A stretch of DNA of 64,000 nt from contig CALCEJ010000155.1 of NCBI GenBank assembly GCA_937900465.1, forward strand, positions 403-64,402, in the 5' to 3' direction. The position numbers were made by a program, and so were the translations under genes. Of the stretch, positions 38,122 through 48,251 are shown in pieces. The number at the start of each line of letters is the position of its first letter. Within the stretch, counting starts at the first letter, position 1. The notes beneath the pieces were generated by a model. That model worked only from the letters and a program-made list of their open reading frames with translations, did not search any database and had not been told where the DNA came from. Source of the DNA: an uncultured Bacteroidales bacterium. GTDB taxonomy: Bacteria; Bacteroidota; Bacteroidia; Bacteroidales; UBA932.

Positions 38122-39588
38122 ATGGCAGAGAATACCGGAAGAAGAAAATCCTCCCAGTCACCAGCCACTCTCGAAGAGCTGATGGGGAACAAACCGCCTC
38201 AGGCCCTCGACGTCGAGGAGGCCGTGCTGGGCGCTATGCTCCTCGACCCCTCGTCGGTGGACCAGGGAATGGAGGAACTCTCCGCCGGCTGCTTCCACGA
38301 TCCCCGCAACCGGATGATTTACGAGGCTATGGCGGAACTTGTGAACGAACACGTCTCCATAGACTACATCACCGTCAGCGAAAAGCTCCGCGCAAAGGGG
38401 AGCCTTGAGGAAATAGGCGGCGCCGTCACCCTTGCGTCGATGTCGCAGAACGTAGGCGCTGCGGCCCATCTTGAGTACTACCTCAAGATCCTCAAGCAGA
38501 AGATGATCCAGCGTGACCTTATCCGCGCTTCGTACGACATCATAGGCGAATCCTTCAAGGACGCGACGAACGTCGACGACCTGATCAATATGGCCCAGAC
38601 CAAGGTCTATGACGCCATCAAGACCAACGAAAAGCACGACGTCCGCGACATCGGAAGCATCATCAACTCCGTGATGGACAATCTCCAGGCCCTCCAGGGC
38701 ATTACCGGCCCCAGCGGAGTCCCTTCCGGTTATCCCTCCATCGACAGGATTACCCAGGGTTGGCAGAATTCGGACCTTATCATCCTTGCAGCCCGCCCTT
38801 CGGTGGGTAAGACGGCTTTTGCCCTGAATATCGCCCGTAACGCCGCCGTGGACCACAATATGCCCGTCGCGGTCTTCTCCCTTGAAATGTCCGCAGACCA
38901 GCTGGGAAAGCGTCTTATCACTACCGAGTCCGGCCTCTCCGGAGAGAAGATCAAGGGCGGAGTTAAGCTCGAAAATTACGAATGGGAGCAGCTGGAATAT
39001 AAGCTCAAGGCCCTTTCCAAAGCCCCTCTGTATATCGACGACACTCCCGGTATCCCCGTGATGGAATTCCGCACGAAAGCAAAGCGCCTTGTGAAGCAGA
39101 AGGGCGTCCGCCTTATCGTCGTCGACTACCTCCAGCTGATGCAGGGACCTGCTGAACTCCGCGGTCTCCGCGAGCAGGAAGTCGCTGCTATCTCCCGAAC
39201 CCTCAAGGCAACCGCGAAGGATCTCAACATTCCTATCATCGCACTGTCCCAGCTTTCCCGTAATGCGGTCCAGCGTACGGGCGGCGCGGGCAAGCCCCAG
39301 CTCAGCGATCTGCGTGAATCCGGGTCCATCGAGCAGGATGCCGATATGGTGATTTTCATCCATCGCCCGGATTTTGTAGGGTTATCGGAGAACCCCGAAG
39401 ACAAGGAGAAAGCGTACATCTGCATCGCGAAGCACAGGAACGGCGAGGTGTGCGATATAGAAATGAAGTACAAGGCCGCTCAGGTGCGTTTTGTGGAGCC
39501 GGATCAGTCTCTGGACATCCAGGCCGCACGCCCGGTTGAAAGTGCGATGAACTACGACTTTCCCTCACAAGGCGGGGAACCGTTTTAG
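38122..39588 (+). CDS. dnaB: replicative DNA helicase
   Basis: AARPSVGKT, VDYLQLM, LSDLRESGSIEQDAD, AKHRNG motifs. Confidence 0.98.
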   Translation: MAENTGRRKSSQSPATLEELMGNKPPQALDVEEAVLGAMLLDPSSVDQGMEELSAGCFHDPRNRMIYEAMAELVNEHVSIDYITVSEKLRAKGSLEEIGGAVTLASMSQNVGAAAHLEYYLKILKQKMIQRDLIRASYDIIGESFKDATNVDDLINMAQTKVYDAIKTNEKHDVRDIGSIINSVMDNLQALQGITGPSGVPSGYPSIDRITQGWQNSDLIILAARPSVGKTAFALNIARNAAVDHNMPVAVFSLEMSADQLGKRLITTESGLSGEKIKGGVKLENYEWEQLEYKLKALSKAPLYIDDTPGIPVMEFRTKAKRLVKQKGVRLIVVDYLQLMQGPAELRGLREQEVAAISRTLKATAKDLNIPIIALSQLSRNAVQRTGGAGKPQLSDLRESGSIEQDADMVIFIHRPDFVGLSENPEDKEKAYICIAKHRNGEVCDIEMKYKAAQVRFVEPDQSLDIQAARPVESAMNYDFPSQGGEPF

Positions 39589-39591
39589 AGT

Positions 39592-40440
39592 ATGAAATCT
39601 TTTATTGGAAAATTATTTTTCGCTGCGGCGCTGATTCTTTCGACCCAAGCTCTTACCCTCCGTGCAGACGAATCCGGGAACGCTCCTTTCACTCCCGGTG
39701 AAAAGCTTGTCTACAAGGGCTCGTACAACTGGCTCGGAACCGTCACGGACGTCGTAACCGGAAGCCTGACGATGGATGAGGCTACCCTTGACGGGAAAAC
39801 CGTTTACAAAACCCGTCTGAAGGCGTTTACGGCAAAATTCTTCGATGTCTTTTTCAAGGTCAGGGAGGATTTCCAGACCTACCTCTCAAAGGACGGGTCC
39901 TTCCGCGCCCTGAAAAACACCCGTAACACCGAAGAGGGTAAATATATCTGTACCAGCAAGTTCATCTATGACTGGACTGCAGGATATATCCGCGCTGACA
40001 TTCACAAGAGCACCCGTGGAGACAAGTACCTGGATATGCCCCTCAGGGAAAAGACTTATGACCTCCCTTCCGTCCTCTACTACGTGAGGACCCTCGACCT
40101 TGCGGGTATGCGCGAGGAAACTGCGGTGACAATCCCATACGTCCTTGCGGAGAAAAACGTCTCAATCACCATTACGGCGAAGGGAAAGGAAAAGAAATAT
40201 GTGAAGGGATTAGGCACCGTGGACTGCCTGAAGTACGGCTGTACCGTGCTCCAGGGGGAAATGTTCGAGGGTGACGAGGATGCCGTGATTTGGTTTTCGA
40301 ACGACGACAACAAGATAATCGTCGCCTTCTCCGCACCCCTTAAGATCGGAGCCGTGGGCGGACGCCTCATCTCCTACGAGGGGCTTTCCCATCCTTTCAC
40401 CGCCCTTCTCTCAACCAAAAAACTCAAAGGCGCTAAATGA
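39592..40440 (+). CDS. secreted DUF3108-like protein
   Basis: Signal peptide; GEKLVY, DVFFKVRE, IWFSNDDNKI motifs. Confidence 0.7.
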   Translation: MKSFIGKLFFAAALILSTQALTLRADESGNAPFTPGEKLVYKGSYNWLGTVTDVVTGSLTMDEATLDGKTVYKTRLKAFTAKFFDVFFKVREDFQTYLSKDGSFRALKNTRNTEEGKYICTSKFIYDWTAGYIRADIHKSTRGDKYLDMPLREKTYDLPSVLYYVRTLDLAGMREETAVTIPYVLAEKNVSITITAKGKEKKYVKGLGTVDCLKYGCTVLQGEMFEGDEDAVIWFSNDDNKIIVAFSAPLKIGAVGGRLISYEGLSHPFTALLSTKKLKGAK

Positions 40441-40850
40441 GAGAACAGATAGCCCATAAGGGGAGAGTCCTTTCCGTGACACCCGAGACCACGATAGTGT
40501 CCATCGTCTCCCGTGCTGCCTGTGCGGAATGTCACGCCTCCTCCCTCTGCGGGCTGTCAGAACTCAAAGAAAAGAAAATTGAAGTCCCGACACCTCCCTC
40601 CGCGACCTACCGCGAAGGCGACGAGGTGGAAGTCGTCCTGAAGGGTTCTATGGGCCTTAAGGCCGTGTGGATCGCTTATGTCATACCCCTGATTGTCCTC
40701 CTTGTCGTCGCCCTTGGCCTCAGCGCCCTGGGCGCAGGGGAACTTGTGTGCGGAGCTTCGGCTGTCGTCGCCGTCGCCGCATACTATTTCGTGATATGGC
40801 TGCTTCGGGACAGGCTGGAAAACGAATACGTGTTTACTATAAAACAATAG
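40437..40850 (+). CDS. rseC: SoxR-reducing system RseC family protein
   Basis: AC..CHA...CG, AYVIP, two TM; heads the rnf operon. Confidence 0.85.
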   Translation: MREQIAHKGRVLSVTPETTIVSIVSRAACAECHASSLCGLSELKEKKIEVPTPPSATYREGDEVEVVLKGSMGLKAVWIAYVIPLIVLLVVALGLSALGAGELVCGASAVVAVAAYYFVIWLLRDRLENEYVFTIKQ

Positions 40851-40856
40851 AGTGCG

Positions 40857-41753
40857 ATGATGGTCAAAATCTTTATTTGGACGGTCGTTGTCATCACGGT
40901 ACTGGGCCTTGTGCTCGCCCTCGTCCTTTTCCTGATAGCAAAGCGCTTCAGGGTGGAGGAGGATCCACGCATCGATGAGGTGGAGAAGGCGATGCCGGGG
41001 GCAAACTGCGGCGGATGCGGATTCGCAGGCTGCCGCGCCTTTGCGGAAGCTACCGTGAAAGCCGGAAACCTGGACACCAACTACTGTCCGGTCGGAGGCA
41101 ACGAAACAATGTCCAGGGTGGCCGCTATCCTTGGCTATGAGGTCAAGGAGAAAGCCCCTATGGTTGCGGTCGTAAGGTGTAACGGCGCCTGTGGGAAACG
41201 CCCTGTCGTCAATGATTACGACGGAGCCCTTTCCTGCCGTGTGAAGGCAACCCTTTACAGCGGCGATACCGGGTGTCCTTTCGGGTGTCTGGGATGTGGA
41301 GACTGCGTGGAGGCCTGCCAGTTCGGGGCCCTTTCGATGGATCCTGAAACCGGACTTCCCGTCGTGGATGAAACGAAGTGCACTGCGTGCGGCGCCTGCG
41401 TCAAGGCCTGCCCCAAGCGCATCATCGAGCTCCGCGCCAAGGGCCCCCGCGGAATGAGGGTCTGGGTTTCCTGCGTGAACAAGGACAAGGGTGCGGTCGC
41501 GAAGAAGGCCTGCGCCGCCGCCTGCATAGGGTGCGGAATCTGCGCGAAGACCTGTCGCCACGAAGCGATAACCGTAACTGACAACGTCGCCTATATCGAT
41601 TACGGCAAGTGCAAGCTTTGCCGTGAGTGCATCGCAATGTGCCCTACCGGAGCCATCCACGAGTCGGGCTTCCCCAAGCCCCTTGACAAGGCGGCGACCA
41701 AGGCAAGGATACTCGAGCGTCAGAAGAAAGAAAAGGAGGCCAGCAATGAGTAA
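40857..41753 (+). CDS. rnfB: Rnf electron transport subunit B
   Basis: PGANCGGCGFAGC and multiple CxxCxxC ferredoxin motifs. Confidence 0.95.
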   Translation: MMVKIFIWTVVVITVLGLVLALVLFLIAKRFRVEEDPRIDEVEKAMPGANCGGCGFAGCRAFAEATVKAGNLDTNYCPVGGNETMSRVAAILGYEVKEKAPMVAVVRCNGACGKRPVVNDYDGALSCRVKATLYSGDTGCPFGCLGCGDCVEACQFGALSMDPETGLPVVDETKCTACGACVKACPKRIIELRAKGPRGMRVWVSCVNKDKGAVAKKACAAACIGCGICAKTCRHEAITVTDNVAYIDYGKCKLCRECIAMCPTGAIHESGFPKPLDKAATKARILERQKKEKEASNE

Positions 41754-43131
41754 GAGAACTTTCCGTATCGGAGGAGTCCATCCGGACGACAACAAGATTT
41801 CCCGCGAGTGTCCCATCACTCCGCTCCCCGCTCCCCCCACGGTTTATATTTCCGTGGCCCAGCATATCGGCGCCCCCGCAAAACCCGTAGTCGCCCCCGG
41901 TGACCGGGTGCTTACCGGCCAGGTAATCGCGGAGCCCGGCGGATTCGTATCGGCCTATATCCACAGCTCCGTCACCGGAACGGTGAAATCCGTCGCTCCC
42001 CGCGCGGACCTTGCCGGAAACCCCGTGATGAGCATCGAGATAGCAGTTGAGCCCGACCAGTGGGCCCCCGGAATCGACACATCGGATACTCTCGTTACAG
42101 ATATCCCGGAGGACAACAAGGCGATTCTCGATGCAATCCGAAACGGCGGCGTCGTGGGCCTTGGCGGCGCGACATTCCCTACCCACGTGAAGCTGATGCC
42201 CCCTCCCGGCTCCAAGTGCGAGAGGCTCATCATCAACGGCTGCGAATGCGAACCGTACCTTACTTCCGACTTCCGTACCCTTCTGGAAAAGGGCGAACAG
42301 GTGGTTGTCGGGGCCGCTATCATAAAGCAGGTGCTCGGGAACGTCCCCTGCACAATCGGAATCGAAGAGAACAAGCCCGAGGCGATAGCCCATATCCGTG
42401 AGGTCATCGAGGGGCTGAAGGCCGTCTCCCCGAAGTTCGACGGCATCGAAGTCCTTCCCCTGAAGATGCGCTATCCCCAGGGTGGTGAAAAGCAGCTCAT
42501 CGACGCTGTAATGCGCCGTCAAATAGGCTCCGGAGCCCTTCCCATCAGCGTAGGCGCCGTAGTCCAGAACGTCGCTACCGCCCTCGCCGTTTACGACGCG
42601 GTCCAAAAGGGCAGGCCCATTATCGACAACTCCGTAACCGTTACCGGGAAGTGTTTCCCCCGCCAGGCGAACCTTCTCGTCCGCGTAGGAACCCCGCTCA
42701 GCTACATAATCGACCATCTCGGCGGTTTCCCCGCGGAAGCGGCAAAAGTCATAAGCGGCGGACCAATGATGGGTAAGGCTGTCTCGAACCTCGAGGCGGC
42801 GACCGTCAAGGGAACATCGGCCCTGCTTTTCCTTACTGAGAAGGAGACAAGGCGTGAGAAGGAAACCGCCTGCATCCGCTGCGGAAAGTGCGCTGACGCT
42901 TGTCCTATGGGCCTGGAGCCGTTCCTTCTCGTCCGGCTTTCGAAGGCCGGCGACCTCGACGCCCTCGAGCAGAACGCGGTTCAGGACTGCATCGAGTGTG
43001 GCTGCTGCCTTTACAGCTGTCCCGCCAGGATACCCCTTCTGGACCGTATCCGTCTTGGGAAGGCTGATGTAATGAATGTTATCCGCGCACGCGCAGCCGC
43101 GGCAAAGGCTGCCGCAGAAGCAAAAAAATAG
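41746..43131 (+). CDS. rnfC: Rnf subunit C
   Basis: QHIGAP, GLGGATFPT, ECEPYLT, YPQGGEKQ, CIECG motifs. Confidence 0.96.
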   Translation: MSKRTFRIGGVHPDDNKISRECPITPLPAPPTVYISVAQHIGAPAKPVVAPGDRVLTGQVIAEPGGFVSAYIHSSVTGTVKSVAPRADLAGNPVMSIEIAVEPDQWAPGIDTSDTLVTDIPEDNKAILDAIRNGGVVGLGGATFPTHVKLMPPPGSKCERLIINGCECEPYLTSDFRTLLEKGEQVVVGAAIIKQVLGNVPCTIGIEENKPEAIAHIREVIEGLKAVSPKFDGIEVLPLKMRYPQGGEKQLIDAVMRRQIGSGALPISVGAVVQNVATALAVYDAVQKGRPIIDNSVTVTGKCFPRQANLLVRVGTPLSYIIDHLGGFPAEAAKVISGGPMMGKAVSNLEAATVKGTSALLFLTEKETRREKETACIRCGKCADACPMGLEPFLLVRLSKAGDLDALEQNAVQDCIECGCCLYSCPARIPLLDRIRLGKADVMNVIRARAAAAKAAAEAKK

Positions 43132-43138
43132 AGCCGCT

Positions 43139-44116
43139 ATGAATAAACTGTTAGTATCACCAAACCCCCACATCCACTCCAAGGACTCCACGAGGTCCCT
43201 TATGCTGGATGTCGTGATAGCTCTTATCCCGGCGGTCATCTGCAGCTTCGTGTTCTACGGCTGGAAGGAAATCCTTCTGATGGCCGTGAGCATCGCTTCC
43301 TGCGTGCTTCTGGAATGGGCCATCACCCGTTTCCTGCTCAAACGGGATTCTACCGTCGGAGACCTCTCCGCAGTTGTGACCGGAATTCTGCTCGGGATGA
43401 ATCTCCCGTATGAGACCCCCTGGTGGGTCGTCGTCATAGGCGCAGTCGTCGCAATCGGCGTTGCAAAGATGACCTTCGGTGGAATCGGCCAGAATATCTG
43501 GAACCCGGCTCTGGTGGGACGTGTGTTCCTGCTGATTTCGTTCCCTACCTATATGAATACCTGGAGCGCCCCCAAGGGACTCTTCGGTGTCGATGCAGTT
43601 ACCGGACCTACCCCTCTGGGCGCCATCCAGATTGGCCTTTCCCAGAATGTCCCCGTGTCTGAGATCGTGTCTCAGTACGGCTATTCCAATATGCTGTTCG
43701 CGAACATCGGCGGTTCCGCCGGTGAGGTTTGCGCCCTTGCCCTGCTCGCTGGTTTTGTCTATCTGCTTTGCAGGAGGGTCATCAAGCCCTGGATTACGCT
43801 CAGCATCCTTGGGACTGTCGCCCTCGTGTCGCTCATATTCTGGGGTATCAATCCCGCCCGCTTCACGGATCCTGTGTTCAACCTCCTCACCGGCGGCCTT
43901 ATCCTTGGATCCTGCTTTATGGCGACTGACTATGTCACCTCGCCGATGAGCACGCTTGGCGGAGTCATTTACGGTATCGGAATCGGGTTTATCACAATGA
44001 TGATCCGTTATTTCGGTTCCTATCCGGAAGGCGTTTCCTTCGCAATCCTTATTATGAACTCTGTTGTGCCGCTTCTGAATATGTGGTTCAAGCAGAAAAA
44101 ATTCGGGAGGAAATAG
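43139..44116 (+). CDS. rnfD: Rnf subunit D
   Basis: FGGIGQN.WNPA, TGPTPL, MATDYVTSP motifs. Confidence 0.96.
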   Translation: MNKLLVSPNPHIHSKDSTRSLMLDVVIALIPAVICSFVFYGWKEILLMAVSIASCVLLEWAITRFLLKRDSTVGDLSAVVTGILLGMNLPYETPWWVVVIGAVVAIGVAKMTFGGIGQNIWNPALVGRVFLLISFPTYMNTWSAPKGLFGVDAVTGPTPLGAIQIGLSQNVPVSEIVSQYGYSNMLFANIGGSAGEVCALALLAGFVYLLCRRVIKPWITLSILGTVALVSLIFWGINPARFTDPVFNLLTGGLILGSCFMATDYVTSPMSTLGGVIYGIGIGFITMMIRYFGSYPEGVSFAILIMNSVVPLLNMWFKQKKFGRK

Positions 44117-44121
44117 AGACT

Positions 44122-44685
44122 ATGGCACTTGCATCGAATCTCAAGAATATGGCACTGTCGCTTACCCTTGTGTGCCTCGTGTGCTCCGCCGTACTTGGCG
44201 CGGCATATGCAATCACGAAGGATTCCATCGACGCGGCGGCCGTGGAGAAGCTCAACAAATCGCTTCTTAGCGTAATGCCCCAGTTCAGCTCCGTTGACAG
44301 GACGGAGGCCGGTGATGTCCGCGGTTATATCGGCCGTGACGCGGCCGGGGCCCCCGTCGGATATGCGTTTGAGACTGAGACCGTCGGTTTCGGCGGCCCC
44401 CTCAGGCTTATCGTAGGAATCACCCCGGACGGCCAGATATACAACACAACCGTCCTGTCCCACAACGAAACTCCCGGACTTGGCGCGAAATGCACCTCGG
44501 ACGCGAAGTTTATGGGCCAGTGGAAGGGTATGGACCTTTCTTCCTGTAATCTCGCTGTCCGTCAGGACGGCGGCGACATCGACGCAATCACCGCTTCCAC
44601 TATTACTTCGCGTGCGTACACGCGTGCGGTAGTCCGGGCGGTCGAGGCTTTCAATCAACTGAAGGAGGAACAGAGCAATGAGTAA
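44122..44685 (+). CDS. rnfG: Rnf subunit G
   Basis: ETPGLG and DAITASTIT FMN-binding motif. Confidence 0.94.
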   Translation: MALASNLKNMALSLTLVCLVCSAVLGAAYAITKDSIDAAAVEKLNKSLLSVMPQFSSVDRTEAGDVRGYIGRDAAGAPVGYAFETETVGFGGPLRLIVGITPDGQIYNTTVLSHNETPGLGAKCTSDAKFMGQWKGMDLSSCNLAVRQDGGDIDAITASTITSRAYTRAVVRAVEAFNQLKEEQSNE

Positions 44686-45265
44686 CAAACTCAGATACAT
44701 CACCGACGGACTGGTGAAGAACAACCCCACGTTCGTCCTGATTCTTGGTATGTGCCCTACGCTGGCAACAACCACATCGGCCATAAACGGTCTTTCGATG
44801 GGCCTTGCGACACTTTTCGTGCTGGTCCTGTCGAATATCGTGATTTCCGCCGTAGCGCCGCTTATCCCGGACAAGGTCCATATCCCGGCGTACATTGTTA
44901 TCATCGCGACCTTCGTGACTGTAGTCCAGTTCGTTATGCAGGCCTTTACTCCCGCAATGTACGAGACGCTGGGCCTGTTCATCCCCCTTATCGTCGTAAA
45001 CTGCATCATCCTCGGGCGCGCAGAGGCGTTCGCCTCCCGCAGCGGTGTGCTTGAATCGGCCTGTGACGGGCTTGGGGTGGGACTTGGCTTTACCTTGTCG
45101 CTGACGGTTCTCGGCGCGGTGAGGGAAATTCTCGGAAGCGGTTCCGTCTTCGGATGGAACTTCATCGGCGGCGGCGACGGAATGCTTGCGTTCGTAATGG
45201 CCCCCGGCGCTTTCCTCTGCCTTGGCTACCTGATGGTCCTGTTCAATAAATTCCTCAAAAAGTAG
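44678..45265 (+). CDS. rnfE: Rnf subunit E
   Basis: LGMCPTLA, PLIVVNCIILGRAE motifs. Confidence 0.95.
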   Translation: MSNKLRYITDGLVKNNPTFVLILGMCPTLATTTSAINGLSMGLATLFVLVLSNIVISAVAPLIPDKVHIPAYIVIIATFVTVVQFVMQAFTPAMYETLGLFIPLIVVNCIILGRAEAFASRSGVLESACDGLGVGLGFTLSLTVLGAVREILGSGSVFGWNFIGGGDGMLAFVMAPGAFLCLGYLMVLFNKFLKK

Positions 45266-45271
45266 AGCCCT

Positions 45272-45874
45272 ATGGAATACTTCCTCATAATAATTTCGGC
45301 CATATTCGTCAATAATATCGTACTGGCCCAGTTCCTTGGAATCTGTCCTTTCCTCGGGGTATCCAACAAGCTTTCCACGGCAACGGGAATGTCCCTTGCG
45401 GTATGCTTTGTCATCACGCTTGCAACTCTCGTGACTTTCCTTCTGAACAGGTACGTGCTGGTTCCCCTCGGAATCACCTTCCTGCAGACCATCGCCTTCA
45501 TCCTCGTGATCGCTTCGCTTGTCCAGATGGTTGAAATCGTCCTGAAGAAGATAAGCCCGTCGCTGTATCAGGCCCTCGGAATCTTCCTCCCGCTGATCAC
45601 CACCAACTGTGCAGTTCTCGGTGTCGCGCTCGACGTCGTGACAAAGCAGTTCACTTTCGGCCAGGCCGCCCATTCGCTGAACTTCGGGGAGGCTATCGTC
45701 TATGCATTTGCGACATCCCTCGGATACGGTCTTGCAATGGTGATTTTCGCCGGCATCCGCGAGCATCTTTCCGGCAACAACGTACCCAAGGCGTTCCGCG
45801 GAGTGCCCATCGCCCTTATCAGCGTAGGCATCCTTGCCCTTGCCTTTATGGGCTTCAGCGGGCTTGTCAAATAA
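45272..45874 (+). CDS. rnfA: Rnf subunit A
   Basis: [23 protein letters not shown] motifs. Confidence 0.95.
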   Translation: MEYFLIIISAIFVNNIVLAQFLGICPFLGVSNKLSTATGMSLAVCFVITLATLVTFLLNRYVLVPLGITFLQTIAFILVIASLVQMVEIVLKKISPSLYQALGIFLPLITTNCAVLGVALDVVTKQFTFGQAAHSLNFGEAIVYAFATSLGYGLAMVIFAGIREHLSGNNVPKAFRGVPIALISVGILALAFMGFSGLVK

Positions 45875-45939
45875 ATTTTTATTTGTACATTTGTAAACTT
45901 GAATCATAGAACAATACTAAACTTAAACGTATTATTATT

Positions 45940-46374
45940 ATGAAAAAATTCATTGCTATCGTAGCAGCCCTTATGACTTTCGCAGTAGTTGCATCCGCTC
46001 AGCCCCGCGCAATCGGTATCCGTGCCGGTTATGGTGGAGAGCTTTCCTATCAGCACAGCCTTGGCGCAGCAAACTTCCTTGAGGTTGACGCCGGTTGGTG
46101 GGCAAACGGAATCAACGTTGCTGCCGCTTATGACTTCAGCGTAGCGCCCGTCGGACCCTTCAACTTCTATGCTGGTCCTGCAGCAGACGTTTGGATGTGG
46201 AGTGCGGAGAATGAGAGCGGACTCGGAGCAGGCGTCGGCGCCCAGCTCGGTCTTGAGTACATCTTCTCCTTCCCTCTCCAGATTTCCCTCGACTGGAGGC
46301 CTATGTTCAACATCATCCCTGCAACAGGCTTCGGCTGGAACAGCATTGCACTCGGTCTCCGTTACGCATTCTAA
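45940..46374 (+). CDS. small outer-membrane beta-barrel protein
   Basis: Signal peptide, SLDWRP, C-terminal GLRYAF. Confidence 0.8.
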   Translation: MKKFIAIVAALMTFAVVASAQPRAIGIRAGYGGELSYQHSLGAANFLEVDAGWWANGINVAAAYDFSVAPVGPFNFYAGPAADVWMWSAENESGLGAGVGAQLGLEYIFSFPLQISLDWRPMFNIIPATGFGWNSIALGLRYAF

Positions 46375-46393
46375 AGGCCAGTTCGTAAAAAAT

Positions 46394-46429
46394 AAGGTCA
46401 GGCCCTTCCCGGGTTTGGCCTTTTTTTTG
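46394..46429 (+). terminator. Intrinsic terminator
   Basis: AAGGTCAGGCCC-TTCCC-GGGTTTGGCCTT followed by a T-run. Confidence 0.7.
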
Positions 46430-46469
46430 TACCTTGCGCGTCCATAACGTGTATTACTCTAAACGGATT

Positions 46470-48251
46470 ATGGTTATGTACAGAAGGTTTTTAATGATTC
46501 TTGCAGCCCTCTGCGTGGTTTTCGCTTGTTCCAAGGATGACATCACGGGCTCGAGCAACAATACCGGAGCGGACGACAGTGCCGGGAGCACTATCGACAC
46601 GGACGCATCAGATGACTACGTCGCAAACACGACTTTTGCAGGCACCGTCACCGTAACTTATTCTTCCTCCAGCGCTACTGTATCAATAGGCAGCGGACTT
46701 ACCGCATCGGAATTTTCCCAGTCTGTCAGCGGCGCAGGCGTTACCATCACCTATAGCGGTACGGATAACGTCATCTACAAACTTACCGGAACGACATCGG
46801 ACGGCTACTTCAAGCTCTACAGTTCCAAAAAGCAGGAGATCCTCCTCGACGGAGTCAGCATCACGAACTCCAACGGAGCGGCTATCAACAATCAGAGCAA
46901 AAAGCGCACTTTCGTTGTCCTGAGCGGCACCAACAAGCTCGCGGACGGCGGCTCTTACAGCAATACCCCTTCGACTGAGGGCGAAAAGGCCGCCTTCTTC
47001 TCCGAGGGCCAGCTCATCTTCAGCGGAAGCGGCTCCCTTTCCGTCACTGCAAGCGGCAAAGCCGGGATCACTTCTGACGATTACGTCCGCTTCCTGGGCG
47101 GAACCATCGACGTTACAACGTCCTCCGGTCACGGAGTCCGCGGCAAGGATGCTATCATCGTAACTGACGGAACGATCGACGTTAACGTAACTTCCGCCGC
47201 AACCGGCAAGAAGGGATTCTCCTCCGATACCCTCGTTTATTTTGCGGGAGGTACGACCACAATCACCAATGCGGCCAGTGCCGGCACTGTTGACGGCGAA
47301 CTTACCGGATGTGCGGGCATAAAAGCTGACAAGCGCTTTGAGATTGTGGGCGGAACGCTTAATATCACCTCCACCGGAACCGGTTCAAAGGGTATCAACT
47401 GCGACAACGTGGGATACTTCACCGGCGGAACGGTCAATATCACCGTAACAGGCTCCAATTACGGCAACTCCTCCAACCAGGGAGGCGGTTCCGGTAACGG
47501 ATGGGGCGGTGGCGGAAACCGTCCGCGCAGCGTGGATGACGGCACGAAGAGTTCGGACACGTCAATTTCCTCCAAGGGCCTCAAATTCGACGGAAACATC
47601 TACTTCAACGGAGCCGATGTTACCGTAAAGTGCTCCAATCACGAGGGTATCGAATCCAAGGCGTCCATTACCGTAAACGGCGGATCCGTTTATAGTTACG
47701 CCTCCGATGACTCTATCAACGCGGCAAGCACCTTCACCGTCAACAGCGGTTACGTCTTCGGACAGTCCACCGGCAATGACGGAATGGATGCCAACGGTAA
47801 TTTCTATATCAAGGGCGGTGTGGTCTATGCAGTTGGCACAGGCTCTCCTGAAGTGGGCCTCGATGCAAATACCGAGGGCGGATACAAGCTCTATATCCAG
47901 GGAGGAACCGTTATCGCCGTAGGCGGTCTTGAGGGCGGGTCCAGCCTGTCACAGGGCTATGTCTCAGCCTCTGTTTCCTCCAACACGTCCTATGCGGTCG
48001 AAAGCGGAAGCACCGTTCTCGCTGCATTCAAGACTCCTTCAAGCCTGAGCGTGTCGAATGTTGCAGTCTCCTGCCCCTCGATGAAAAACGGATCATCCTA
48101 TACTTTCCTCTCCGGTGCGACTGTTTCCGGCGGGACCTCCTACTTCGGAGGACTGTATACGGAAGGAGCCACCGCATCCGGCGGCAGCTCCTCATCCCTG
48201 ACCGCAACCACAACCTCCTCCGGAGGAATGGGCGGCGGTGGATTCCGTTAG
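46470..48251 (+). CDS. beta-helix carbohydrate-binding lipoprotein (DUF4353/Cthe_2159-like)
   Basis: Lipobox; repeated GI.S/A..I.GG units, EGIESK, DGMDANG. Confidence 0.8.
   Translation: MVMYRRFLMILAALCVVFACSKDDITGSSNNTGADDSAGSTIDTDASDDYVANTTFAGTVTVTYSSSSATVSIGSGLTASEFSQSVSGAGVTITYSGTDNVIYKLTGTTSDGYFKLYSSKKQEILLDGVSITNSNGAAINNQSKKRTFVVLSGTNKLADGGSYSNTPSTEGEKAAFFSEGQLIFSGSGSLSVTASGKAGITSDDYVRFLGGTIDVTTSSGHGVRGKDAIIVTDGTIDVNVTSAATGKKGFSSDTLVYFAGGTTTITNAASAGTVDGELTGCAGIKADKRFEIVGGTLNITSTGTGSKGINCDNVGYFTGGTVNITVTGSNYGNSSNQGGGSGNGWGGGGNRPRSVDDGTKSSDTSISSKGLKFDGNIYFNGADVTVKCSNHEGIESKASITVNGGSVYSYASDDSINAASTFTVNSGYVFGQSTGNDGMDANGNFYIKGGVVYAVGTGSPEVGLDANTEGGYKLYIQGGTVIAVGGLEGGSSLSQGYVSASVSSNTSYAVESGSTVLAAFKTPSSLSVSNVAVSCPSMKNGSSYTFLSGATVSGGTSYFGGLYTEGATASGGSSSSLTATTTSSGGMGGGGFR

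Noticed and set aside
38158..45907. Long antisense ORFs (e.g. 38158-39363, 41644-43239, 44651-45907)
   Set aside because: Shadows of high-GC3 genes dnaB and rnf; the same applies to 181-690, 3152-3997 and 54851-56359
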